Of a stretch of DNA of 64,000 bases, positions 1 to 9,300 are shown piece by piece. Numbering within the stretch: position 1 is the first letter of the stretch; the number at the start of each line of letters is the position of its first letter. The notes under the pieces were generated by a model. The model saw nothing but the letters and a program-made list of their open reading frames with translations, ran no database searches and had not been told where the DNA came from. Source of the DNA: Candidatus Eiseniibacteriota bacterium. Its GTDB lineage: Bacteria; Eisenbacteria; RBG-16-71-46; SZUA-252. The DNA is taken from the NCBI GenBank assembly GCA_963703225.1, contig OY969801.1:1792001-1856000 (forward strand), written 5' to 3'. A program made the translations under genes and the position numbers.

Positions 1-690
1 GGCGACGTCGATCCTGCCGCGGTCGCCTCGTTGGTCGACAGCCTCTTCTCCCCGATCCCCGCGGGCGGGCGGCCGCGATACGACATCCCCCGCACGGAGC
101 CTAATTCCCCGGGGCTTGCGGTCGAGACGATGCGCGGGAAGGCGAACATGAATTTCGTATTCGGCGAAGCGAGCGGGCTACGGCGAATGGATCCCGACTG
201 GGAAGCCGCGATCGTCGCGAACGCGGCGCTCGGACAGAGCTCACTCACCTCCCGAATCGGAAAGCGGGTGCGTGACCAGGAAGGCTTGAGCTACACGCTG
301 AACTCTCGATTTCTCTGGTCGGATTATCTGGACGGGGTCTGGATGGTGGATGTCGCCGTCGCGCCCAAAAATCTGGCCAAGGCGCTCCGCTCCACGCGCG
401 AGGAGATCGATCGCTATTGCAAGGAAGGAATCACGGAAGAGGAAGTGGCCACGCAGAGACGCTTCTTCGCGGGTAACTACCGGGTGCGCCTCAGTACGAA
501 CGCGGGGATCGCTTTCGCGCTCACCTCCGCCGAGAAGTACGGATACGGCCCCGCGTACCTCGACCAGTTTCCGGTGAAGGTTGGATCGGTCACGCGGGAG
601 CAGGTGAACCAGGTAATCCAGACCCGGCTCCGCCCCGACAAGCTGCACCTGGTGGTCGCGGGCGACCTCGACACCATCCCGGACTTCTGA
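1..690 (+). CDS. M16 (insulinase/pitrilysin) family peptidase, C-terminal part, 5'-truncated by window edge
   Basis: Translation shows LGQSSLTSRIGKRVRDQEGLSY and a terminal 'VTREQVNQVIQTRLRPDKLHLVVAGD', typical of the M16 C-terminal domain; frame is open from the window start. Confidence 0.85.
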   Translation, partial: GDVDPAAVASLVDSLFSPIPAGGRPRYDIPRTEPNSPGLAVETMRGKANMNFVFGEASGLRRMDPDWEAAIVANAALGQSSLTSRIGKRVRDQEGLSYTLNSRFLWSDYLDGVWMVDVAVAPKNLAKALRSTREEIDRYCKEGITEEEVATQRRFFAGNYRVRLSTNAGIAFALTSAEKYGYGPAYLDQFPVKVGSVTREQVNQVIQTRLRPDKLHLVVAGDLDTIPDF

Positions 691-721
691 CCACCTTCGA
701 GACTCTGCGATCCCTCCGCGG

Positions 722-3571
722 CTATTTGAGGAGGGTCATGTCCTTCGTCAACACCTTGTCGGCCACGCGAAGCCGGTAGTAGTACCGCCCGCTCGCGACC
801 GCACGTCCCTGGTCATCCCGTCCATCCCAACGCGCGATGTGACTTCCGGCGGGCTGGTTGGCGTCGACCAGTGACCGGACCAGACGCCCCGAGACATCAA
901 AGACGTGGAGCTTCACCCGTCCTGCCCGACCGACCTCGTAGGGAATCACCGTGGACGGATTGAACGGATTGGGCGCGTTTTGCATGAGACGCGCGGCCGG
1001 AGCGGCCGGCGATTCCGCCACCGCGGTCACCCGCGGAATGGAATTGGGATTCGCCGGATCCGACCCCATCAGGACTTCCAGCCGGTCGCGGAATCCGTCC
1101 CGGTCGCGGTCGATGCCCATGCGCGTCCCGGAGCCCGGAGGCACGCCCAGGTAGGTCACCGCTTCCCCGGGGGCCGACGGCAGCGAGCGGAGCGCGTCGG
1201 CTCCGATCGGCCCCTCTGGATCGAAGTCCGTGGTGAACACCCGGCTCCCGGTATAGAGGTAGCCTCGGTTTTGGCCGCCGATGAACGCGTGCGCCACCAG
1301 CTCGCAGTTCCCCAGGTCGGCCTCCGCGTAGAGAGAGTCGAGCTGCGCCGCCAGCGAGGCGGAGCCCTTGGTCAGCGCCGTGATCGAAAGCTGCCGGCCC
1401 ACCGAGGGAGCGAGCCCGGTGTCGAAGGAGAGCAGGAACGACGCGAGATCGATGCGCTGCTGCTCGTTGTTGAAATTGAAGACGGGGAGATGGAGGAACG
1501 TGACCAGATTGTCGATCGAGCCGTCGTGGATGAAGCCATAGCCCCGCGCCTGCATCCCGGCGCCGTTCGTGAACCCGGTCTTCTGGTACATGTTTCGCAG
1601 CTGGGGCACTTTGATCCCCTGGCTTTCCTGAAGCAGGACGCCCGGGATGATGGTGCCGTTCGTGCCGGTCGGCAGCGCGTGGCACCCGCTGCACGCGACG
1701 ACGTCGTGGTTGTTCCCGAACTCGACCCTGCCCCGCGTCGGGCTCGGCGTGGGCGCCGGCGGATTCGGCCAGGTCCGGTCCAGGTTCTGGTTCGGATTGG
1801 GCGGGTAGACCACCGTCATGATGAAGTCGTTGTACTTCTGCATGTCGGAAGTCGAAAGCATGTCCCGGTTCCCCATCAGCTTGATAAACGCGGGATTGAA
1901 TTTGGTGAAGTCTTCGCGGTCCCCGCGCCAGTGGAACGGGGTCGCGGTCTTGAGGCCGCGAAGCGACTGCGTGGTCATCGGACCCTTCATGGGATCGAAG
2001 TCGGGGAGCAGGGGCGACTGGCCCGGCGGAACCGGGTCCCGGTCGCCCAGCGGATTCCCGAGATCCCAGGCGATGTTGTCGAAATTTCCCGCGATGTGGC
2101 ACGAGGAGCAGGCCAGATCTCCGTGGTCCGAGATCGTCCCGTCGTAGAGGAACCGGCGCCCATCGATCACTTCGCTGGGGCTGGGGTCGAACCGGAGGAA
2201 CACCTCACCCACGTTGCTCTCGGTCGTGACGTCGATGATGGCGACCGAGTTCGCGAACCGGTTGAGCACGTAGAGCTGTCCGTGGGCCTCATCCAACGCC
2301 AGCCCGGTCGGGCCGCCCCGCCGTGGCGGCGGGGAGAGGGACGACGGGATCCGGTTGAGCACGATCCCGGACGAGGGCTCCACGACCCCCACCTTGTCCG
2401 ATCCGAGGGCCGCCACGTAGAGCCGGGTCTCGGCGCTGTTCACGGCGAGGTCGATCGGCTGAGAAAGGCTCAGGTCCTTCTCGAAATCGGGGCCGGGGAT
2501 CGTGTCGTACGTGATGTGGGTATTGAGATGCCAGGCCGCCGATGGAACCACGCCGCCCGGGCCAATCCTCGTGATCCGATTCTGGAGGAACCGACCCCTC
2601 AGGTTTGGCTCGAAGCGGGTCCGGTTGAAGGCGTCCGTGTTCGTGACGTAGAGATTACCGCTCGAGGGGGCGACCGCGAGATTGAGGAGATTGGTTCCGA
2701 CGTCGGAGATCGTCCGGAGCAAAGCACCCGAGTTCGCATCCAGGACCGAGATGTCGCGGTCCGGCATGTCGTACGGGATGACCGAATTCCATGTCTTTTG
2801 GGACGCCGGGCGCTCGTCGACCCAGTCGCCGCCGACCTTCTGCACGATGAGCCCTACGTCGGGCGCCGCGGCTGTGAGCTTCCGGGGCGGGCTGGGCGGC
2901 GCCGGGCCGCCTCCGCTTTGCACCGTGTTCGCCCCGATGATCGTCGTCCGGTTCCCCGCGTCGAGGATCCCCACGTAGACTTCATTCCCGTGCACGGCGA
3001 GGGCTCGCGGATGACGGCCGAAAATGGGGCGGACCGTATTGAGGGTCGGCGCCGTTGGGTTCGTCAGGTCGTAGAGCTTGATGGCGTCCTCGCCGCTCAC
3101 GCAGACGAAGGCCCGCATCGGGCTCCCCGCGAAGACGACGTCGGTCGGCTCGTCTCCGACGTGCACGCTGCCGACGACGCTCAGCGTCCAGAGGTTCACG
3201 ATGCTCACGTCGTCCGAAACGTTGTCCACGACCCACGCGAGGCTGTCGTCGAACGCCGTGACCGATACCGGCTCGAGACCGACGGGAACGTCCCCGAACC
3301 GCGACAGGGAGTGATCTCCGATCATGAAGATCTCGAGGCGCGCGTCGGGCGTGTTCACCGCGAGGAGCCGCGTTCCGTCCGGCGTGATGGCGAGCGGATG
3401 GATTTGCAGCGCCTCGAAGTTCGTGTAGTCGCCGATCGCGGGTGTCGAGGATCGGAGCGTCGAGGGTCGAAGCAAGAGTGCGGAAGTGGAGACGATGGCG
3501 ACGAGGGTGAAAAGTCCGAGGAGTGCGCGGAGCAAAGCGGCGCGACGTGCGGGGAGCGGACCCACCGGCAT
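722..3571 (-). CDS. Secreted YVTN-type beta-propeller + di-heme cytochrome c (peroxidase-like) domain + C-terminal FlgD-Ig/T9SS-like domain
   Basis: Hydrophobic N-terminus; YVTN-like repeats (LAVNTPD, VGLEPVSV, LYVTN, LYVLN); two CxxCH (CSSCH, CSGCH); DRDRDG Ca-binding-like motif; QNAPNPFNPST...WDGRDDQG...SGRYYYRL C-terminus; GGAGG upstream of ATG 3571. Confidence 0.8.
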   Translation of the reverse strand: MPVGPLPARRAALLRALLGLFTLVAIVSTSALLLRPSTLRSSTPAIGDYTNFEALQIHPLAITPDGTRLLAVNTPDARLEIFMIGDHSLSRFGDVPVGLEPVSVTAFDDSLAWVVDNVSDDVSIVNLWTLSVVGSVHVGDEPTDVVFAGSPMRAFVCVSGEDAIKLYDLTNPTAPTLNTVRPIFGRHPRALAVHGNEVYVGILDAGNRTTIIGANTVQSGGGPAPPSPPRKLTAAAPDVGLIVQKVGGDWVDERPASQKTWNSVIPYDMPDRDISVLDANSGALLRTISDVGTNLLNLAVAPSSGNLYVTNTDAFNRTRFEPNLRGRFLQNRITRIGPGGVVPSAAWHLNTHITYDTIPGPDFEKDLSLSQPIDLAVNSAETRLYVAALGSDKVGVVEPSSGIVLNRIPSSLSPPPRRGGPTGLALDEAHGQLYVLNRFANSVAIIDVTTESNVGEVFLRFDPSPSEVIDGRRFLYDGTISDHGDLACSSCHIAGNFDNIAWDLGNPLGDRDPVPPGQSPLLPDFDPMKGPMTTQSLRGLKTATPFHWRGDREDFTKFNPAFIKLMGNRDMLSTSDMQKYNDFIMTVVYPPNPNQNLDRTWPNPPAPTPSPTRGRVEFGNNHDVVACSGCHALPTGTNGTIIPGVLLQESQGIKVPQLRNMYQKTGFTNGAGMQARGYGFIHDGSIDNLVTFLHLPVFNFNNEQQRIDLASFLLSFDTGLAPSVGRQLSITALTKGSASLAAQLDSLYAEADLGNCELVAHAFIGGQNRGYLYTGSRVFTTDFDPEGPIGADALRSLPSAPGEAVTYLGVPPGSGTRMGIDRDRDGFRDRLEVLMGSDPANPNSIPRVTAVAESPAAPAARLMQNAPNPFNPSTVIPYEVGRAGRVKLHVFDVSGRLVRSLVDANQPAGSHIARWDGRDDQGRAVASGRYYYRLRVADKVLTKDMTLLK

Positions 3572-3622
3572 AGGACCTCCTGGCAATGCCCCCTACTTCA
3601 GTAGAAGCAATTTAGGTAAACA

Positions 3623-3651
3623 ATTATAGCATATTCGCTTGCTCCATGCAA
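3623..3651 (-). promoter_or_regulatory. sigma-70 promoter TTGCAT-N17-TATAAT (extended -10 TGnTATAAT) for the YVTN/di-heme gene, embedded in the 3' end of the upstream glycosyltransferase
   Basis: Minus-strand read TTGCAT ggagcaagcgaatatgc TATAAT followed by an AT-rich stretch that is unusual for this GC-rich window. Confidence 0.6.
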
Positions 3652-4820
3652 GCCCCGGCCGCCCGCTCCACCGAGAGCGGGTCGATGCGACGATTCTGGA
3701 ACGCGTCGCAAGCGTCCCGGAGCGCTCCCTCCATGCGACCGCGATAGACCCGCCGGTCGAACGCAAGGGCGTGACGCCGAAGCGTTTCCGGGTCGAATTG
3801 CCGCGCCGAGAATTCCTCGAGCGCCCCCATGAGGCCCGATTCGGAGGCCTCGTCGAACAGAACTCCCGTGCCCGCCGCGACCACCTCGGCCGCCCCCCCC
3901 TTCCGGAGCGCGATCACCGGGCGCCCGCAGGCCATCGCCTCCAGCGGCGCGATCCCAAAATCCTCCTCGTGCGCCTGGATCAGCGCGCGGCATGCGCGAT
4001 AGGCCTCGCGGAGTGCTTCCATCGAGAGCCAGTCGTCGAATCGAACCGTGCCTCCCGCTATGGATCGGAGCCTCTTCCCTTCGGGACCCGTCCCCACCAC
4101 GCGCAGCGGAATCCCTCGGCGGTTCGCGACCCGGATCGCCAGCTCGACGCCCTTGTACGGCACCAGCGCCGAAACGACGAGAAAGGGCGCCTCGGCGGAA
4201 CTCCCCGTCCGCTCTTCCCCCGGTGTGAAGAAGGCGGCATCCACGGGCGGATAGACCACCAGCGCGGGGCGGCGGTAGTGCTTGGCGATGCGATCGCGGA
4301 CGTGGCGCGAGTCGGCGATGAAGAGGTCCACCCGATCGGCGCTCACCCGATCCCAGATGCGGAAGTGATGCGCGACCCAAGGCGCGACGACGCGCCCGAG
4401 GGGGCTCCCCCTCCCCGCGCCGAAGTACTGCGGGTAGAGGTCCCAAAAATAGCGCACCGGCGTGAAGCAGTAGCAAACGTGCAACGTGTCGGCCCGGGTT
4501 AGGGCTCCCTTCGCGGCGCAGTGGCTGGTCGATACGACCAGATCGTAGCCGGTCAGGTCGAAGGACTCGACCGCCATCGGGTAGAACGGAACATACCAGC
4601 GGTAGTGGCTGCGGCCCCACGGCAGCCGCGCGATCCAGGATTCGTGCACGCGGCGCGCCTCGATCGTCTTGGAGACGCTCCCGCGACGATGGACCAGCGT
4701 GTAGAGGTCGGCGTGCGGGAACATCTCGCAGAGAACCTCTAGACATTTCTCTCCCCCGCGCATGCCCGTGAGCCAGTCATGGACCAGCGCGACGCGGAGT
4801 GTTTCAAGCGAGAGCGCCAT
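3624..4820 (-). CDS. Glycosyltransferase family 4 (GT-B)
   Basis: ALVHDWLTGMRGGEKCL N-terminus and EEDFGIAPLEAMACGRPVIA (E-x7-E) motif. Confidence 0.92.
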   Translation of the reverse strand: MALSLETLRVALVHDWLTGMRGGEKCLEVLCEMFPHADLYTLVHRRGSVSKTIEARRVHESWIARLPWGRSHYRWYVPFYPMAVESFDLTGYDLVVSTSHCAAKGALTRADTLHVCYCFTPVRYFWDLYPQYFGAGRGSPLGRVVAPWVAHHFRIWDRVSADRVDLFIADSRHVRDRIAKHYRRPALVVYPPVDAAFFTPGEERTGSSAEAPFLVVSALVPYKGVELAIRVANRRGIPLRVVGTGPEGKRLRSIAGGTVRFDDWLSMEALREAYRACRALIQAHEEDFGIAPLEAMACGRPVIALRKGGAAEVVAAGTGVLFDEASESGLMGALEEFSARQFDPETLRRHALAFDRRVYRGRMEGALRDACDAFQNRRIDPLSVERAAGACMEQANML

Positions 4821-4829
4821 GGACGTCCG

Positions 4830-6311
4830 TCAGCCGGCGCGGGCCGGCGACGCCGCCTCGAGCCGATCGGCGGCATCCCGGAGGCGGCGGACGGTGCGCT
4901 CCGGTCCCAGGAGGAGCATGACGTCGAAGATTCCCGGCGTGACCTTCTTGCCGGTCAGCGCAATCCGCGCGGGCATGATCACCTCGCCCGCCTTGACGCC
5001 CTCCTGGGAAGCCAACCCGCGCGTCGCTTGCTCGAGCGGGTCGTGTTCGAACGGCGAGGTCCGTTCCAGCGCGTCGGCCAGCTTTCGGAGTCGATCGGCC
5101 GTGCCCGGCTTCGCCTGAAGCTCACTCCAGAGCGCCGGGTCGGGCTCCACGCGATCGACGAAGAGATAGGCTGAGTAGTCGAGGAAGTGCTGCGGCCGCT
5201 TGATCCGGTCCCCCGCCGCTTCCACGGCGCGCATCAGGAACGCGCGGTCTTCGAGCACCGGCTCGGGTAGCGCCCGGGTCGCGCGCAGGTGCTCCACCAC
5301 GAGATCGGTCCGCCGCGTGAGCGGAAGGGCGCGGAAGTACTCGCCGTTCATCCACTCCAGCTTGTCGTAGTTGAAGATCGCGGGATTCTTGGAGACCCGG
5401 TCGAGCGTGAAGTAGCGAGCCAGCTCCTCCAGGGTGAAGATCTCCCGCTCGCCGTCGTAGGCCCAACCGAGCAGCGCCAGGAAATTCACCATCGCCTCGG
5501 GGAGGAAACCCTCGTCGCGAAATGTGGTCACGGACGTCGCGCCGTGGCGCTTCGAGAGCCGTGTCCCATCGGGACCGAGGATCATCGGAAAGTGGGCGAA
5601 GCGGGGCGGCTCCCACCCGAGGGCGCGGTAGATCTGGATTTGGCGGGGCGTGTTCGAGATGTGGTCATCGCCGCGGAGCACGTCGGAAATTTCCATCGCG
5701 TGGTCGTCCACGACCGCCGCGAAGTTGTAGGTCGGGTGAAGGTCCGACCGAACGATCACAAGATCGTCCAGCGACGAGTTCTGAAACGTCACGTCCCCGC
5801 GAACCCCGTCGCTCCAGGTCGTCTCGCCGTCCGGCATCTTGAAGCGGATCGCGTGCGCTTCCCCCCGGGCGGCTCGGGCGTGGGCGTCGGCGGGCGAGAT
5901 CTTGAGGCAGGTGCGATCGTACTTGGGAGGTTCGCCCCGCTTCATGGCCTCGTCGCGGCGCCGCTTGAGATCCTCGGGATCGCAGAAGCAGCGGTAGGCT
6001 TTCCCCTCCTGCAGGAGCCGCTCCACCGCCGCCGCGTAGAGCGGAAGGCGCCCGCTCTGGTGATAGGGCCCCAAGGTTCCGCCGACGCCCGGACCCTCGT
6101 CCCACTGAAAGCCGAGCCACCGAAGCCCTTCGTAGATCGCCTCCACCGAGTCCTCGGTGGACCGCTCCCGGTCGGTGTCCTCAATGCGCAAGATAAAGAC
6201 CCCGCCGTGATGGCGCGCGAAAAGGAAATTGAAGAGAGCCGTTCTCGCCCCACCGACATGGAGGTAGCCGCTCGGGCTCGGCGCGAAGCGCACCCGGACC
6301 GGTGACGCCAT
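4830..6311 (-). CDS. gltX: Glutamate--tRNA ligase
   Basis: RFAPSPSGYLHVGG (HIGH), LRIEDTD, RLSKRHG (KMSKS-like), C-terminal anticodon-binding domain. Confidence 0.96.
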   Translation of the reverse strand: MASPVRVRFAPSPSGYLHVGGARTALFNFLFARHHGGVFILRIEDTDRERSTEDSVEAIYEGLRWLGFQWDEGPGVGGTLGPYHQSGRLPLYAAAVERLLQEGKAYRCFCDPEDLKRRRDEAMKRGEPPKYDRTCLKISPADAHARAARGEAHAIRFKMPDGETTWSDGVRGDVTFQNSSLDDLVIVRSDLHPTYNFAAVVDDHAMEISDVLRGDDHISNTPRQIQIYRALGWEPPRFAHFPMILGPDGTRLSKRHGATSVTTFRDEGFLPEAMVNFLALLGWAYDGEREIFTLEELARYFTLDRVSKNPAIFNYDKLEWMNGEYFRALPLTRRTDLVVEHLRATRALPEPVLEDRAFLMRAVEAAGDRIKRPQHFLDYSAYLFVDRVEPDPALWSELQAKPGTADRLRKLADALERTSPFEHDPLEQATRGLASQEGVKAGEVIMPARIALTGKKVTPGIFDVMLLLGPERTVRRLRDAADRLEAASPARAG

Positions 6312-6362
6312 CGATTCTCCTCTGGGGATGATGGATTGGCCGCGGGCCTTGGCCCGCCGGCG

Positions 6363-9300
6363 CTAACGCAGGAGCGTCATCTTCCGCGTGAACGCCGCCG
6401 CGCCGATCTCGGCGCGGTAGATGTAGACCCCCGATGCCGTTGGATTGCCGCGCTCATCGCGACCATCCCAGCGGGCCTCATGATAGCCGGGTTGGACTCG
6501 GCTGGAAACCAATGTCCGCACCAGCCTCCCCCCCACGGCGTAGACACGGAGCCGCACGTCCATCGGTTCGGTCCCAGGCACCGCGTAGCCGATGACGGTC
6601 GCCGGGTTGAAGGGGTTGGGGCGGTTCTGGTCGATCCACGCGCGGGCCGGTGGCGTCGACGGCGCGGGATCGATTGGGGTTGGATCGACGGCCGTGAGGA
6701 TCGGGAACGTCGAGAGGCCGGTATGCCAGTTGTCGTGGTGGAACATCGGCCACGCCATGCCCACTGGATTGAACGCTCCCGGGTAGCGCCACGCGCGGAG
6801 CTGGCGGTCCCAGCCCGCGACCACGATGTCGGTCGCGCCGTCTTGGTCGAGGTCCCAGACGGCTGGCGAGCCGCGGACTTCGGCTCCGGTCTCGATGGGA
6901 AAGCCGCTGACCGGGTTTCCATCGGCGTGAAACGCGTAGAGACGGCGGTCCTCCGCTCCGATCAGCACCTCGAGGGAGCCGTCGCCGTCGAGGTCGGCCA
7001 CCACGGGGGTCGCCTCCGTGGCCGCGCCCAGATGCACCGCGCTCCATCCGGCGAGCGTGTTTCCGGAGGGACCAAACGCCCTCAGGGTCCCATCGGCGCC
7101 GCAGATGATGACGCAGAGCGAGGGATCCCCCAGATGACGCAGAAGGGGCGCCAGGACCGGTGAATTGACCCGGCCGTTTCCGGGGGTCAGCTCCAGCGGC
7201 CGGGGCCAGCCGGGGGACCGCGATCCGGAGCTGGTGAGCACGTAGACGCTGTCGTTCCCGCACGCGATCGCGATCTCGAGCCCGCCTCCGGGGATCACGT
7301 CTCCGATCGCCGGCGACGAGCTCATCAGTCCCGTCGCGGAGAACGGCCAGCCCGGGAGCGGCACGCCGTTTCGAAGCGCGTAGACCGTCGCGGCCGACGT
7401 GCCGAAGACGATCTCCCGAGCGCCGTCCTGGTTCAAATCGGCGATCGCCGGGGAGGAGATGACGGTTCCGTTGGGCACGAAGTAGACGCCGTTGGTCGCC
7501 GGATTCGAGTCCCCGTCCCGAACCTCCGAGCCGTCGGCGTTCCAGGCATAGAGCCTGTTGGTGTTCGACCCGATGCAAATCTCCAGCTGGCCATCGCCGT
7601 CGATGTCCCCCACCGCGGGCACCGACCAAAATGGCGCCGCGCCCTTCCGCGGCCAGCCGGGCATGAGATCGCCGTTGCTCTTGAAGACCGCGAGGGTCGA
7701 GTCGTTCCAGGAGGCGGCGATGATCTCGGGCGTGCCGTCGAAGTCCAGATCGGCCGCCGCCGGAGAGGAAGCGATGTTGTGGAGGAGTGTGGTGAAGATT
7801 CCGGTGGTCACGGTGCTCTGGTCTCCGTCGTGCCAATCGGTGCCGTCGGGCCTGAAGACATAGAGATAGTCCGAGCCGACGAGGACCTCGGGGCGGTCGT
7901 CCCCGTCGAGGTCGGCCAGGCAGACCGAGGATGAGGTCGATTGCCCCAGCGTGGCCGGCCACCCGAGCAAGGAAGGCGGAACGGTGCTCGCGAGCAGAAT
8001 CGACGATCGCGCTCCCTCGTTCCCGCTGGAGTCCACGCAGCTCACCTGATAGCGGTACGAAGTGAGCAGGGAGAGTCCTCCGTCTTCAAAGGTTGGAATC
8101 CGGCGGATCGGGATGGGCGTCACCGATTGCGGAACGCTCGCGTCGTTGGGAGCGCGGTAGACCCGGTACCCCGCGAGATCGGCCGCGACCACGGGATCCC
8201 AGGCGATCGTGACGCGATCGATCCCTGAAGACTCCACGCGAGGAGGCGCCGGCGAGGCGGGGATGCTCCGATCGATCGGAAACGTCCAGGAATGGCCGTA
8301 CGCGTCGCTCAATCGAAGATCGAAGAGCCGTCCGGAGGGGACAGCGGCCACCTGAAAGCGGAGCGCCGGAATCGATCCGGTGCCGCCGGCGGCGACGTCG
8401 CCCGCCGCCGCGTTCGTATCGAGGAGCGTCACCCCGGGGGCCGGGTTCAAGACCTGCGCCGCGAGATTTCGTGCGCGGGCTCCCCCATCGTTCCCGACCG
8501 TGTAGGCCAGGGACGCGGTCTCCCCGGGGTCGAGCACGCCGTTTCCGTTGCCCGGTGCCGCGTCGCTGAACACGTTCCCGGCGAGGAGCGGCACGGCCGC
8601 TCCCACCGCGAGCGCGACTTCAGCGCTGTCGGCGCGCACCCCGTCCGAGAAGATGATCCGGAGTTTCTCCGTTCGCGCCGCGTTAGGCGAGGCGAGCGCG
8701 TGCGCCCCCAGGGTGGTGGGAATGGCCGCCTGGGCTCCGGCGCCGAGCGTTCCCAGGCCCGCGCTCCCGGCGTCGACCGCGACACCCGATGTCAGCGCTT
8801 GTAGCGTCAGGGTCAGCGGTCCGGACCCCGCGCTCCCCCCGATGTTCCGGACGGAGCCGCCGATGCCGAAGGTCTCCCCGGCGCCGACGATTCCGTCGGC
8901 GTCGCCGCCCAAATCATCCCGAACCGATCCATTCAGAAGGGCGTAGACCGCCGGCGCCGCCGCGGTCACCGTGAGGGAGTCGAGGTAGGGCGCAGCGCCA
9001 TCGGCGGTCACGGCGAATGAGAACGGGCCCGTCGAGCCGGGGTGGAACGGCACGACGGCCTGCCCGAGCGCGTTCGTCCGGACCGCGCGATACTCTTCGC
9101 CGGCCTTCCACGCCACGACGAGCGCCGATTCCACCGGCGCCCCTCCTCTGAGAACGGAGACGGCGAATCCTCCCGCGCCCACCGGGACCGTGGCGGGCCG
9201 GGTCACCGTGAGCGAGACCGGTGCGCACTTCCAGATATTCATCGACGGGACGCCCAAGAGAACCGTCTCGAAGTAGGCCCAGCGAGCGAGCGACTCCGAG

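Noticed and set aside
905..3604. 899-aa plus-strand ORF, and similar long antisense ORFs (12470-14059, 16493-18439, 42613-45174, 48250-51720, 54656-56239)
   Set aside because: Shadow frames opposite well-supported genes; stop codons are scarce at this GC content and the translations have no recognisable motifs
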